In this document: one piece after another, positions 1 through 13,067 of the stretch
How positions within the stretch are numbered: position 1 is the first letter of the stretch
How the letters are laid out: each line of letters starts with the position of its first letter
Assembly: GCF_035084215.1 (NCBI RefSeq)
Contig: NW_027139939.1
Coordinates: 1-64,000, forward strand
Source: Heptranchias perlo
Taxonomy: Eukaryota
DNA length: 64,000 bases
Direction: 5' to 3'
Notes under the pieces: model-generated
Databases searched by the model: none
The model's input: the letters and a program-made list of their open reading frames with translations, nothing else
What the model was told of the DNA's origin: nothing
Position numbers and translations under genes: made by a program

Positions 1-2150
1 TTGTCCAAAACAGCAGACAGACTGGGGGGAATCTCACCATCAGTCACCGCTCCCAGACTGACCAAAACACCAGACAGGCAGAGGGGAATCTCACCATCAG
101 TCACCGCTCCCAGACTGACCAAAACACCAGACAGACAGAGGGGAATCTCACCATCAATCACCGCTCCCAGACTGACCAAAACACCAGACAGACAGGGGGG
201 AATCTCACCATCAATCACCGCTCCCAGACTGACCAAAACACCAGACAGACAGGGGGGAATCTCACCATCAATCACCGCTCCCAGACTGACCAAAGCACCA
301 GACAGACAGGGGGGAATCTCACCATCAGTCACCGCTCCCAGACTGACCAAAACACCAGACAGACAGGGGGGAATCTCACCATCAGTCACCGCTCCCAGAC
401 TGACCAAAACACCAGACAGACAGGGGGGGAATCTCACCATCAGTCACCGCTCCCAGACTGACCAAAACACCAGACAGACAGGGGGGAATCTCACCATCAA
501 TCACCGCTCCCAGACTGACCAAAACACCAGACAGACAGGGGGGAATCTCACCATCAATCACCGCTCCCAGACTGACCAAAACACCAGACAGACAGAGGGG
601 AATCCCACCATCAATCACCGCTCCCAGACTGACCAAAACACCAGACAGACAGGGGGGAATCTCACCATCAATCACCGCTCCCAGACTGACCAAAACACCA
701 GACAGACAGGGGGGGAATCTCACCATCAATCACCGCTCCCAGACTGACCAAAACACCAGACAGACAGGGGGGAATCTCACCATCAGTCACCGCTCCCAGA
801 CTGACCAAAACACCAGACAGAGAGGGGGGAATCTCACCATCAGTCACCGCTCCCAGACTGACCAAAACACCAGACAGACAGGGGGGGAATCTCACCATCA
901 GTCACCGCTCCCAGACTGACCAAAACACCAGACAGACAGAGGGGAATCTCACCATCAGTCACCGCTCCCAGACTGACCAAAACACCAGACAGACAGAGGG
1001 GAATCTCACCATCAGTCACCGCTCCCAGACTGACCAAAACACCAGACAGACAGGGGGGAATCTCACCATCAGTCACCGCTCCCAGACTGACCAAAACACC
1101 AGACAGACAGGGGGGAATCTCACCATCAGTCACCGCTCCCAGACTGACCAAAACACCAGACAGACAGGGGGGAATCTCACCATCAGTCACCGCTCCCAGA
1201 CTGACCAAAACACCAGACAGACAGAGGGGAATCTCACCATCTGTCACCGCTCCCAGACTGACCAAAACACCAGACAGACAGAGGGAAATCTCACCATCTG
1301 TCACCGCTCCCAGACTGACAAAAACACCAGACAGACAGAGGGAAATCTCACCATCAGTCACCGCTCCCAGACTGACCAAAACACCAGACAGACAGGGGGG
1401 AATCTCACCATCAGTGACCGCTCCCAGACTGACCAAAACACCAGACAGACAGAGGGAAATCTCACCATCAGTCACCGCTCCCAGACTGACCAAAACACCA
1501 GACAGACAGAGGGGAATCTCACCATCAGTCACCGCTCCCAGACTGACCAAAACACCAGACAGACAGGGGGGAATCTCACCATCAATCACCGCTCCCAGAC
1601 TGACCAAAACAACAGACAGACAGAGGGGAATCTCACCATCAGTCACCACTCCCAGACTGACCAAAACACCAGACAGACAGGGGGGAATCTCACCATCAGT
1701 GACCGCTCCCAGACTGACCAAAACACCAGACAGACAGAGGGGAATCTCACCATCAGTCACCGCTCCCAGACTGACCAAAACACCAGACAGACAGAGGGGA
1801 ATCTCACCGTCAATCACCGCTCCCAGACTGACCAAAACACCAGACAGACAGGGGGGAATCTCACCATCAATCACCGCTCCCAGACTGACCAAAACACCAG
1901 ACAGACAGAGGGGAATCTCACCATCAGTCACCGCTCCCAGACTGACCAAAACACCAGACAGACAGGGGGGAATCTCACCATCAGTCACCACTCCCAGACT
2001 GACCAAAACACCAGACAGACAGAGGGGAATCTCACCATCAGTGACCGCTCCCAGACTGACCAAAACACCAGACAGACAGGGGGGAATCTCACCATCAATC
2101 ACCGCTCCCAGACTGACCAAAACACCAGACAGACAGGGGGGAATCCCACC
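1..2150. repeat. 57-bp minisatellite, about 37 copies, runs off the window start
   Basis: Unit AATCTCACCATCAGTCACCGCTCCCAGACTGACCAAAACACCAGACAGACAGGGGGG recurs with 57-nt period (e.g. at 30 and 87); explains the repetitive ORFs at 1-2267. Confidence 0.97.
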
Positions 2151-2702
2151 ATTGATCAGCCGGGATGCGCTGTGAAGCTGGATCGCTTTCATGCCTCGAT
2201 CTTCCGTGAATATCCAAGTGGAATTGGATGGAGAGAAAAGAGAATCCAGTTCCCGATCAAGAGACATTATTATCCGGGAAGTGTCCAGTTCCCCATCGAT
2301 TCCCCGTTACATTTGAGACTGATGGGCTTCCATGAGGAATTGTCACTTGGCCCAGGTTGTTCTTCAGCAGCTCGAATTCCATTCCACGCAGAGATTCTTT
2401 TTACAGAGAAAACTGTAAAATACTTTTAGTTTCAGGAAAATCAACAAGTTCCCACAAAGTAAATGCGCGACCCACAGGGCTGATTGGAGAGGAATCAGTG
2501 GGTGATTGAAACTCACAGCTCAGCAAGGAGTCTTTCCCCTTCTGAGTGTCAGAGAATTGTCCCCCAACAGCCCGTGACTTTCCATCTATTTAAATTAACG
2601 ATCATAAAATCATGGACTGGAATGTGTAATTTCCTAATGTGCCCCCTCTCCCCACACAACCTGCTTCCCCCCCAGTCCAGGGGCGCTGATCGCCGAGGGA
2701 CA

Positions 2703-4190
2703 CAGGACACAGGAACAGGAATCGGCCATTTCGCCTCTCAAGCCTGTTCTGCCATTCATTGAGATCCTGGCTGATCTGTGAGCTGACTCCAGACACCAGC
2801 CTTATCCCCACATCCCTTTATATCTTTGGTTACCACAAATCTATCAAACTCAGATTTAAAACCAATGGAGCGAGCATTAACTGCCGATTGCGGAAGAGAG
2901 TTCCAAACTTCTACCGCCCTTTGCGTCACTCCTGAAAGTCCTGGCTCTAATTTTTAGACTGTGTCCCCTCGTCCTGGACTCCCCAACCAGCGGAAATAGT
3001 TTCTCTCTGTCCACCCTATCAGTTCCCCTTAATATCTTGAAAACTTCGATCAAGTCACCCCTTAATCTTCTAAATTCCACAGAATACAACTCTAGTTTGT
3101 GTAATCACTCCTCGTAATTTAACCCTTGGAGCCCAGGTATCATTCTAGTAAATCTACGCTGCTCTCCCTTCCTATGGTGCGGTGCCCAGAACAGTACTCC
3201 AGGTGTGGTCTAACCAGGGCTTTGTATAGCTGTATAACTTCTACCCTCTTGTATTCTCGTCATCTAGATATAAAGGCCAGCATCCCATTAGCCTTTTTGA
3301 TTATTTTCTGTACCTGTCCATAACATTTTAATGATCTATGTACAGGGGCCCTTAAGTCTCTTTGGACCTTCACTGTTCCCAGCTTTTCACCATTTAGAAA
3401 GTACTCTGATCTCTCCTTTTTAGGTCCAAAGTGGATGACCTCACACTTGCCTACACTGAAATCCATTTGCCACAGTTTTGCCCATTCACATAATCTATTA
3501 ATATCTCTGTAATTTTATGCTTCCATCTACACTGCTTACAATGCTGTCTTTCTTTCTGTCATCATCAATACAGTGAATAGTTGAGGTCCCAACACAGATC
3601 CCTGTGGGACACCACTAGTCACATCCTGCCTATTTGAGTACCTGCCCATTATCCCTACTCCCTGTCTCCTGCCGCTCAGCCAATTTCCTAACCAGGTCAA
3701 TAATTTGCCCTCAATTGCATGAGCTTCAACTTTAGCTAACAGTCTCTTATGAGGGACTTTATCAATTGCCTTCTGGAAGTCGATATCAATAACATCCGTA
3801 GACATTCCCCCGTCCACTACATTAGTCACCTCTTCAAGGCATGACCCTTTACAAATCCATGCTGGCTCTCTCTGATCAGCTGAAAATTTTCAAGGTGTTC
3901 AGTCACTCGATCCTTAATTATAGACTCGAGTAATTTCCCAACAACAGATGTTAGGCTAACTAGTCTATAATTCCCTGGTTTCTCTCTCTCACCTTTCTGA
4001 AATAGCGGAGTGACGTGTGCAATTTTCCAATCTAAAGGAACGGTTCCTGAATCGAGAGAAGTTTGGAAGATTATAGTTAGGGCTTCTGGAATGTTCTCAC
4101 CCACTTCCTTTAAAACCCTGGGATGGAAACCATCTGGTCCTGGGGATTTGTCACTCTTTCGTGCCATTATTTTCTTCATTACTGTTAATT
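2703..4190 (-). mobile_element. CR1 LINE, 5'-truncated and degenerate (RT region to 3' UTR)
   Basis: Frameshifted ORFs with KSPGPDGFHPRVLKE, DFQKAIDKVPH, SGVPQGSVLGP, KCEVIHFG and RRLRGDLIEVFKI. Confidence 0.92.
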
Positions 4191-5231
4191 ACAGGAAGTC
4201 CCCGACCCTGATTCAGAATTAGTTTCCTACATAATTAGATGGAGAATACTGTTGGGAAAATAAAAATGGTCTCTTTCATCCATTAAAAAAAGCCCGGTGC
4301 CCGGACGCTGAGGTTCTGCACGAGACTGTAATGCAAGACTTCTGGCTTGGCACTTGAATTTAAAAGTTCCTTCCTAGGCCCATGATCTGCTTGCCACTCC
4401 CTCCCTCTTCAGGCCTCCGTTCTGCTGCTGCTCCCTACCTCTACCCCAGGGCCCCATTCTTTACTGGTCTCTCCGTCTCTCACACTGCTCCTCATTTGAT
4501 TTTTCCCGACTGCTCCCGCTTCTGTTTGCTCTCCTATGCTGTACGATCCTTGGCTGCCCCGCTGCCCCCATCTCTCTCCAGGCGGACACCCTCCCCAACC
4601 TCTCCCTCTCTCAAGTCCCTGCTTTCCTCACAAAATCTGGGCCCGAAATTCCTTTGGGGAGTGGGGTGGTGGCAGAGGCAATGTAATCCGGGGCTGGATT
4701 CTGGAACTGGACCCGGCTGCTCCAGGTCTCCATCCCTTTTTTCCCAAAGTTGGGAAATTTCACCGAGAGTGTGAGGGGTCACCTCTTGTGTCCTTTCCAC
4801 CCCCCCGTCCCCTCCACCCCCACTCCATGCGGACATCATTGGAAGAGATGGGACTGTAAACATGGCACCATCCATCAGAACTCCCTCAGTTCCGCTCCCC
4901 AGTGCCCCCCAACACTAAGTACTCCTGTAGGGAACGTATCAGGACTAGATCCCCGTGGAAGTGACCAAAAGCACTTTACTGTGAAGGATTTTGGACTTTT
5001 AAATACCAGTTTTAAGGATTAATTACCTGCGAAAGGAGCTGAGTTTGGTTAAAAGTATTAATTCAACATCGGAACTGTTGAACTGACTGTTCAAGGCGGC
5101 ATGCTGGACAGGTTGGCCATGTTCGAAAAGTGTTATTCGAACTGCCTGGAAGGCTGGAGATAAGGAGGCCTTGAAATATTGTGGGAGACCATCGTAAACA
5201 CCAGGTGATGTTTTTGTAGTCTCAGTCCCCT

Positions 5232-5921
5232 CAAATAATGAAGCAGTCCGTGCCCGCGTGCAGCTAGACCTGGACAACATCCAGGCTTGGGCTGATAAGT
5301 GGCAAGTAACATTCGCACCAGACAAGTGCCAGGCAATGACTATCTCCAACAAGAGAGAGTCTAACCACCTCCCCTTGACATTCAACGGCATTACCATCGC
5401 CGAATCCCCCACCATCAACATCCTGGGGCTCGCCATTGACCAGAAACTTAACTGGACCAGCCATATAAATACTGTGGCTACAAGAGCAGGTCAGAGGCTG
5501 GGTATTCTGCGGTGAGTGACTCACCTCCTGACTCCCCAAAGCCTTTCCACCATCTACAAGACACAAGTCAGGAGTGTGATGGAATACTCTCCACTTGCCT
5601 GCATGAGTGCAGCTCCAACAACACTTAAGAAGCTCAACACCATCCAGGACAAAGCAGCCCGCTTGATTGGCACCCCATCCACCACCCTAAACATTCACTC
5701 CCTTCACCACCGGCGCACTGTGGCTGCAGTGTGTCCCATCCACAGGATGCACTGCAGCAACTCGCCAAGGCTTCTTCGACAGCACCTCCCAAACCCGCGA
5801 CCTCTACCACCTAGAAGGACAAGAGCAGCAGGCACATGGGAATAACACCACCTGCACGTTCCCCTCCAAGTCAGACACCATCCCGACTTGGAAATATATC
5901 GCTGTTCTTTCATCGTCGCTG
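5232..5921 (+). mobile_element. Non-LTR retrotransposon RT C-terminal fragment (CR1/L2-group family, same family as 49565-51518)
   Basis: DLDNIQAWADKWQVTFAPDKCQ...QKLNWTSHI and IYKTQVRSVMEYS; closely matches the longer minus-strand copy. Confidence 0.88.
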
Positions 5922-5922
5922 T

Positions 5923-5957
<35 letters not shown>

Positions 5958-6385
5958 CCTGCATTTATTTCGCGCCTTTAACGTCCCAAGGCACTTCACA
6001 GGAGCAATTATCAAACAAGACTTGACACTGAGCCACGTAAGGAGATGTTAGGACAGGTGACCAAAAGCTTGGTCAAAGAGGTAGGTTTGAAAGAGCATCT
6101 TAAAGGAGGAGAGAGAGGTGGAGAGGCGGAGAGGTTTAGGGAGGGAATTCCTGAGCTGAGGGCCGAGGCAGCTGAAGGCACGGCCGCCAATGGTGGAGAG
6201 ATTAAAATTGGGGATGCGCAAGAGGCCAGAATTGGAGGAGTGCAGAGATCTCGGAGCGTTGTAGGGTTGGAGGAGGTCACAGGGATAGGGAAGTGCGAGG
6301 CCAGGGAGGGATTTGAACACATGGAGGAATTTTAAAATCGAGGTTTTCCCGGATCGGGAGCCAATGTAGGTCAGCGAGCACGGGG
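5923..6385 (-). mobile_element. L2-type LINE 3' end with (GTT)n tail
   Basis: Minus-strand PYPCDLLQPYNAPRSLHSS...GGRAFSCLGPQL.NSLP...FKMLFQTYLF followed by ATAAATGCAG and (GTT)n, seen as (AAC)n at 5923-5958. Confidence 0.85.
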
Positions 6386-7014
6386 TGGGTGGGGAACGGG
6401 TGACAGGGAGGGAAGGGAACACCACATTTTCTGGATGCTATTGGGTAGTTTCTGGGTCATACTTTGTAGTCGCCTGAGCAAGAGTAAGTGGGCTTGAGCA
6501 ATCGAATGATGCTCCAGTAACTGTGGCCAGTGGGGTGACTCGGCTGGTATCTCAGGATTGGAGGTAGACTGGACTGTAACCCAAAGAGACTGTGCACAGA
6601 GGGTCACCAGTCACTGTTTTAGACACTCTCTGTGCTGGGTGGTTAAAAGCCACTTTAAACTGACCCCAACTGGGGTGATGGTTGTAGGGCCGCGACATGT
6701 GGCCTCAGGGCCCCTGGGTTAGGGAGGGGACTGTTATCCCCACTCTAAATCAAACAGTGTTGGAACTGTGCGTGTCTGGACATCGGACGGGCCAGGATCT
6801 GGCCAGGCTGTGTTGAAAAGCCTATTCATGCTTAGTGTCAAGGTTCACAGGTGTTTAATGGTCACTGGGGCGATATACTGGAGAGTGACCCCTGTCTGTG
6901 GAACCCTATCCAGCAAGAGGTTAATGGATTCAAGAGAGGAGGAGGAGGAGAGAAGGGAGTTGGTGAGGGAAGGAGTGTCGAGAATTTGCTTTCGATTCAG
7001 TGCTTGAAATCCGT

Positions 7015-7310
7015 ATTCTAACTCGCACCAAGTCCCGTTCTCCCATCACCCCCTGCGTTCGCTGACCTACACTGGCCCCCGGTCCGGGAACGCCTCGATT
7101 TTAAAATTCTCATCCTTGTTTTAAATCCCTCCATGGCCTCGCCCTCCCTTTCCCTGTAACCTCCTCCAGCCCTACAACCCTCCGAGATCTCTGCGCTCCT
7201 CCAATTCTGGCCTCTAGCGCAGCCCCGATTTTAATCGCTCCACCATTGGCGGCCGTGCCTTCAGCTGCCTCGGCGTTAAGCTCTGGAATTCCGTCCCTAA
7301 ACCTCTCTGG
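7015..7310 (+). mobile_element. L2-type LINE 3' fragment
   Basis: Same sequence family as 5923-6385 and 51519-51896 (CTCCAGCCCTACAACCCTCCGAGATCTCTGCGCTCCTCCAATTCTGGCC...). Confidence 0.8.
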
Positions 7311-7311
7311 T

Positions 7312-9566
7312 TCTCCAGCAGTCTCCCTCAGGATTCCTGTCTTCTTCCTTCCTGTCTCCACACAGTTCCTGAATCCCCTTCTGTCCGTGATTCTGGCTCC
7401 CCTTAAATCCTCTCTTTGGTCTCCTTCCTCCTGCTCTGTGCTCTGAGGTGTCTCCCTGTACACTGTTTTATTGTAAGTTGCTGTACACAGTCAAAACATC
7501 ACATTGGAACATAGGAACAGGAGGAGGCCATTCAGCCCCTCGATCCTGTTCCGCCATTCAATTAGATCATGGCCAATCTGCATCTCAACTCCATCCTTGG
7601 TGCCATATCCCTTAATAACCTTGCCGAACAAAAATCGATCAATCTCAGTTGTGAAATTTTCAATTGACCCCCAGCCTCAACAGTTTTTTGGGGGAGAGAG
7701 TGACAGGTTTCCACTCCCCTTTGTGTGAAGAAACGCTTCCTGACATCACCCCTGAACGGCCTGGCTCTAATTTTAAGGTGACGCCCCCTTGTTCTGGATT
7801 CTCCCACCGGAGGAAATAGTTTCTCTCTATCTACAATATCAAATCCTTCAATGATCTTAATTACAGCACCCGTTAATCTTCTGCACTCAAGGGAATACAA
7901 GCCTAGTCTGTGCAACCTGTCCTCATAATTCAACCCTTTCAGCCCCCAGTATGAAAGTACTTCTCATAATGAATGGCGTTTCCCACATTACAACAGTGAT
8001 GACACTTTCACATTACTTCACTTTCTGTGAAGCGCTTTGGGACATCCTGAGGTTGTGAAAGGTGATGTATAAAAAGATCTTTTGTTCTTTCCGAACCTTC
8101 TTGTGCTGCTTCAGCAGGGTGACACTGAAATCGAAGCAGATTCGAAGCCTGGCCCCCCGTTCCCACCTTCACCTCACAGCAACACAATGGACTTTGGACT
8201 GTCCGATGTCCGATGTGTTGCTCAGGCCCACGACTGACTTTTATTTCTGAGCAAACACTGCCCGTTTATTATAGTCTCTGAGCGGGTCAAGGCCAAAGTG
8301 AACTCTGTGTGTCCGATTGTGGGGAGAATGAGCTGCTGACTCTTCAATAATCAACTGGTGCTCGAGGCAAAAATACTCACAGTGATGTTGATCTGGGTGA
8401 ATTAGAATAAATTGGCATCGAAACAAATTCACAGACAGATTTTTATGTTAATTTTCAATGCACCGTCTTCGAGTCGCGCTTAACATGAGGCTCCTCAGAA
8501 CAGCAATCCATGAGGATAACAGAACATTGAACAATGTCACCAAATCCAGTCAGTGGACGTCATGCTCAAACTGAGGGGGAGGGGGAAAGGGGAAGGGGGA
8601 GAGCATGGGGGAGGCAGAGGGATAGGATGTGGGAGAGCGGGAGGGAGAAGGAGAGGGGGAGGGAGACGGAGAGAGGGGGGGGGAGGAGATGGGAGTGGGA
8701 GATAGTGAGGGGTAGGGAGATGAGAGGGAAAGGGATGGGGAGGGAGAGGGGACGGGGAAGGGTCGGGAGAGGGATGAGGAGGGAGAGGGGACGGGGATGG
8801 AGAAGGAGAAAGAGAGGTGGAGGATTGGGTGGAATTGTGCAGGGAGAGGGGGAAGGAGGGGATATGAGGAGGGAGGGGGGAATTGGATGAAGAGAGGGAG
8901 AGGAAGGGAAAGGAGATGGGGAGTGGAAGAGGACAAGAAGGGAGATGAGGAGGGGAGGGAGAGGGAGATGGGAGAGAGAGGGTGGGACAGGGAGAGAGGG
9001 ATGGTGGGAGTTAGAGGAGGAGGAGGGGACGGGGAGGGAGAGCGAGTAGGGAGATTATCTGGCCATTAACTCGTTGCTGTTTGTGGCATCTTGCTGTGCG
9101 CAAATTGGCTGCCGTGTTTCCTACATTAAAACAGTGACTACACTTCACTAATACTTCACTGTCTGTAAAACTCTTTGGGAGGTCCTGAGGTGGTGAAATC
9201 ACAATAGGAATGTGAGTCTCTCTTTTCTTTGTGGTCCCATTGCCAGTGAGAGTCGGTGCATTGGGAAGAGAATGGGAGGGGTGAAAGTGGGAGTCTGGAA
9301 TAGACCATTGAAATACAGGGGGTGTAACCAGATGCGATGGTTCGGTGTTAATACTGGGCTGGGCCTCAGTGTGAACCCCTGCTGTAAGATGCAGGCTCAG
9401 ACTCCACTCCCTGGGACCCAGTGACCAGAACAAGTCCCTCCATTCTAACTGGATCTGGTTATCAGACCTGCTGCACACAAGCACCAATAAGTAGCTTCAG
9501 ACTCGAGTGGTGTTGAAAACGCAAGAGATTAAGTTACTGTTACAGCAGCTTCTCTCCTGGTTAATC
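7312..9566 (+). repeat. Local segmental duplication, copy A (upstream/promoter region of the class I gene)
   Basis: Colinear, near-identical to 10652-12871: CR1 3' piece, SINE tail, unique sequence, purine tract, SINE piece, proximal promoter. Duplicated ORFs 8062/11419, 8241/11598 and 9212/12516. Confidence 0.95.
9484..9488 (+). promoter_or_regulatory. Candidate CCAAT box about 100 nt upstream of the class I ATG
   Basis: CCAAT at 9484-9488; the intronic duplicate reads CCAAC (12788-12792). Short motif, supported only by position. Confidence 0.4.
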
Positions 9567-9589
9567 AGCACCTCGGGTGACTTTACAAC

Positions 9590-9641
9590 ATGCTGCTTGT
9601 TACTTTACTGAACGTTTACTGTGTGCCCAACGTCTCCTCTG
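9590..9641 (+). CDS. MHC class I heavy chain, exon 1 (signal peptide MLLVTLLNVYCVPNVSS)
   Basis: ACAACATG start context, hydrophobic 17-aa leader ending V-S-S, strong donor TG|GTAAGC in phase 1, joins in frame to the alpha1 exon (G|AT = Asp). Confidence 0.8.
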
Positions 9642-10651
9642 GTAAGCAAATCAAACAGCTTCTATCTGTGGACAGTATTTGAGGGGACACCGAGATTGAA
9701 CCCATCTTCCATCACAAGATGCTCTCGAGCGGCCCCTGGGTTTGGACTGTCTCATTGCCTTGGGTGTGTGAGCGATTCAGGTTAAGGATGATCCCTGTTC
9801 TGGGGAGGGGTCACTGGGGGAGGTTGTGTCACTGATCTGTTTGCAAAGTGTTTGTTCGAGGCACTTTTCTTCAATTATTGTCAAGGCTCACAGACAAATA
9901 ACAGCCATTTTGGGGGGTGAGGTATTAGAGCTGTACCTTGGAAGCAGTGGAAGGGAAGGGGATGGAGGGAATGGGAAGGGACAGGAAAGAAAAGGAAGGG
10001 GAAGGGAAGGGAAGGAATCGGAAAGGAAGGGAAAGGGAATGGAAGGGGAGGGAAGGAAAACCCTTTCCCTCGGATGGTGTTTGAAGGAGGATTCCATTAT
10101 CCCCTTTCACATAACGGGCTCGATTGTGGTTTTAGCTCCGAGACATTAGGCATCACCTGGGCTGAGTTCAGAACGGAAATCTGGCCGGGCGGGGGGGGGG
10201 ATTTCAATAGAAGGAAAATGCTCCAGGTTCTGTTCCTGCCGTGTGATCCTCCTCTCCAGATTTTGCTCTCTCTCTGCCCCGCCCAGTTGATGCTGAACAC
10301 CCAGGTGGTAAAGGTGAAAATCGACCTCAATATTACTGGACCACAGACACGTGTGAACCTTTCAGAGATTGTGTTCTGATCGATGTGTTCTGCCTCCTCC
10401 CTCTCACCCCCATTCCTTGTTCGTGCCAAAACCCCATCGGCTCCTCCAACTCCACAGAATTGACTCGAAGGTTCATTTCTTCACCTTTAAAGCCCTCTCT
10501 GTCCTCCTCCCTTCCCACCTCCGCAATCTCCCCCCAATCTCATGCCCCCACATGCCCCCTCCGCTCCTCCCACACCGGACTAACCTCTCCTTCTCCACCG
10601 CCTCTGTTCCACCACTGGGATCCGATCCTTCAGTCTCTCCTGTCCCTGCCC

Positions 10652-12871
10652 TCTCCAGCAATCTCCCTCAGGATTCCTGCCTTGTCCCTTCCCGGCCTCT
10701 CCACTGTTCCTGAATCAACTTCTGAGTGTGATTCTGGCTCCTCTTAAATCCTCTCTTTGGGCTCCTCCCTCCTGCTCTGTGCTCTGAGGCGTCTCCCTGT
10801 ACACGAGGGCTGCTGTAGTAATGTAAGCTGCTGCACACAGTCAAAGCATCTCATCGGAACATGGGAACAGGAGGAGGCCATTCAGCCCCTCAAGCCTGTT
10901 CCGCCATTCAATTAGATCATGGCTGATCTGTTTCTTAACACCACCCACCCGCCTTGGTGCCATATCCCATAATAACCTTGCCTGACAAAAATCGATCAAT
11001 CTCAGTTGTGAAATTTTCAATTGACCCCCAGCCTCAACAGCATTTTGGGGGAGAGAGTTCCAGATTTCCACTCCCCTTTGTGTGAAGAAACGCTTCCTGA
11101 CATCACCCCTGAACGGCCTGGCTCTAATTTTAAGGTGACGCCCCCTTGTTCTGGACTCTCCCACTGGAGGAAATAGTTTCTCTCTATCTTCAATATCAAA
11201 TCCTTCAATGATCTTAATTACAGCACCCGTTAATCTTCTGCACTCAAGGGAATACAAGCCTCGTCTGTGCAACCTGTCCTCATAATTTAACCCTTTCAGC
11301 CTCCAGTATGAAAGTACTTCTCATAATGAATGGCGTTTCCTACATTAGAACAGTGATGACACTTTCACATTACTTCACTTTCTGTGAAGCGCTTTGGGAC
11401 ATCCTGAGGTTGTGAAAGGTGATGTATAAAAAGATCTTTTGTTCTTTCCGAACCTTCTTGTGCTGCTTCAGCAGGGTGACACTGAAATCGAAGCAGATTC
11501 GAAGCCTGTCCCCCCGTTCCCACCTTCACCTCACAGCAACACAATGGACTTTGGACTGTCCGATGTCCGATGTGTTGCTCAGGCCCATGACTGACTTTTA
11601 TTTCTGAGCAAACACTGCCCGTTTATTATAGTCTCTGAGCGGGTCAAGGCCAAAGTGAACTCTGTGTGTCCGATTGTGGGGAGAATGAGCTGCTGACTCT
11701 TCAATAATCAACTGGTGCTCGAGGAAAAAATACTCACAGTGATGTTGATCTGGGTGAATTAGAATAAATTGGCATCGAAGCAAATTCACAGACAGATTTT
11801 TATGTTAATTTTCAATGCACCGTCTTCGAGTCGCGCTTAACATGAGGCTCCTCAGAACAGCAATCCATGAGGATAACAGAACATTGAACAATGTCACCAA
11901 ATCCAGTCAGTGGACGTCATGCTCAAACTGAGGGGGAGGGGGAAAGGGAGGGAGAGGGATAGTGGGAGGGAGATGGAGAGGGAGAATGGGAGGGGGAGTC
12001 GGAGGGAGAGTTGGAGGCAGAGGCTGAGGGGGAGGGGAGGGAGAGTGGAGGGGAGGGAGAGTGGAGGGGAGGGAGAGGCTGGGGGAGCTAGAGGGAGAGA
12101 GGGAGGGTGATGGGGAAGGGACAGAGAAGGGGAGCGAGAGGGAGAGGTGCAGGAGGGGGTGTGTGAGTGAAGAGAGAGGGTAAAGGTGGGGAGATGGGGA
12201 GGGAGAGGGGGAGTCAGACAAAGAGAGGGAGAGGAAAGGGAAGAGGATGAGGCAGATGGGGAGAGAGAGGGAGATGGGGAGGGAGAGGGTGGGAAAGGGA
12301 GAGAGGGATGGTGGGAGTGAGTGGGGGATGAGGAGGGGGAGGGGAGGGAGTGGGGAGATTATCTGGTCATTATCTCGTTGATGTTTGTGGGATCTTGCTT
12401 TGCGCAACTTGGCTGCCGTGTTTCCTACATTAAAACAGTGACTACACTTCACTAATACTTCACTGTCTGTAAAACTCTTTGGGAGGTCCTGAGGTGGTGA
12501 AATCACAATAGGAATGTGAGTCTCTCTTTTCTTTGTGGTCCCATTGCCAGTGAGAGTCGGTGCATTGGGAAGAGAATGGGAGGGGTGAAAGTGGGAGTCT
12601 GGAATAGACCATTGAAATACAGGGGGTGTAACCAGATGCGATGGTTCAGTGTTAATACTGGGCTGGGCCTCAGTGTGAACCCCTGCTGTAAGATGCAGGC
12701 TCAGACTCCACTCCCTGGGACCCAGTGACCAGAACAAGTCCCTCCATTCTAACTGGATCTGGTTATCAGACCTGCTGCACACAAGCACCAACAAGTAGCT
12801 TCAGACTCGAGTGGTGTTGAAAAGCGCAAGAGATTAAGTTACTGTTACAGCAGCTTCTCTCCTGGTTAATC
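10652..12871 (+). repeat. Local segmental duplication, copy B (inside intron 1)
   Basis: Matches 7312-9566; similarity stops at CTGGTTAATC, 23 nt before the leader ATG position of copy A. Confidence 0.95.
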
Positions 12872-13067
12872 CGTGTCCATGACTGACATTTATTTCTGGT
12901 CAAACACTGTCTGTTTATTGTAGTCTCTGAGCACGTCAAGGCCAAGGTGAACTCTAAGGGGTCGATTTTAACCCCATGAACGGGTGGGTTTGGGTGCAGG
13001 TGGGAAGGTAAAAATTGTAAAAATCTAAAACCCGCCTTCAAACCGACCACTTCCGGTTTTAACGGCA

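Noticed and set aside
1-2267. Repetitive mucin-like or membrane-like ORFs
   Set aside because: 57-bp minisatellite; the frame shifts wherever the G-run length changes.
5023-5230. Possible minus-strand exon ending CAG|GTAATT
   Set aside because: No recognisable protein similarity and no acceptor; it runs into a LINE fragment.
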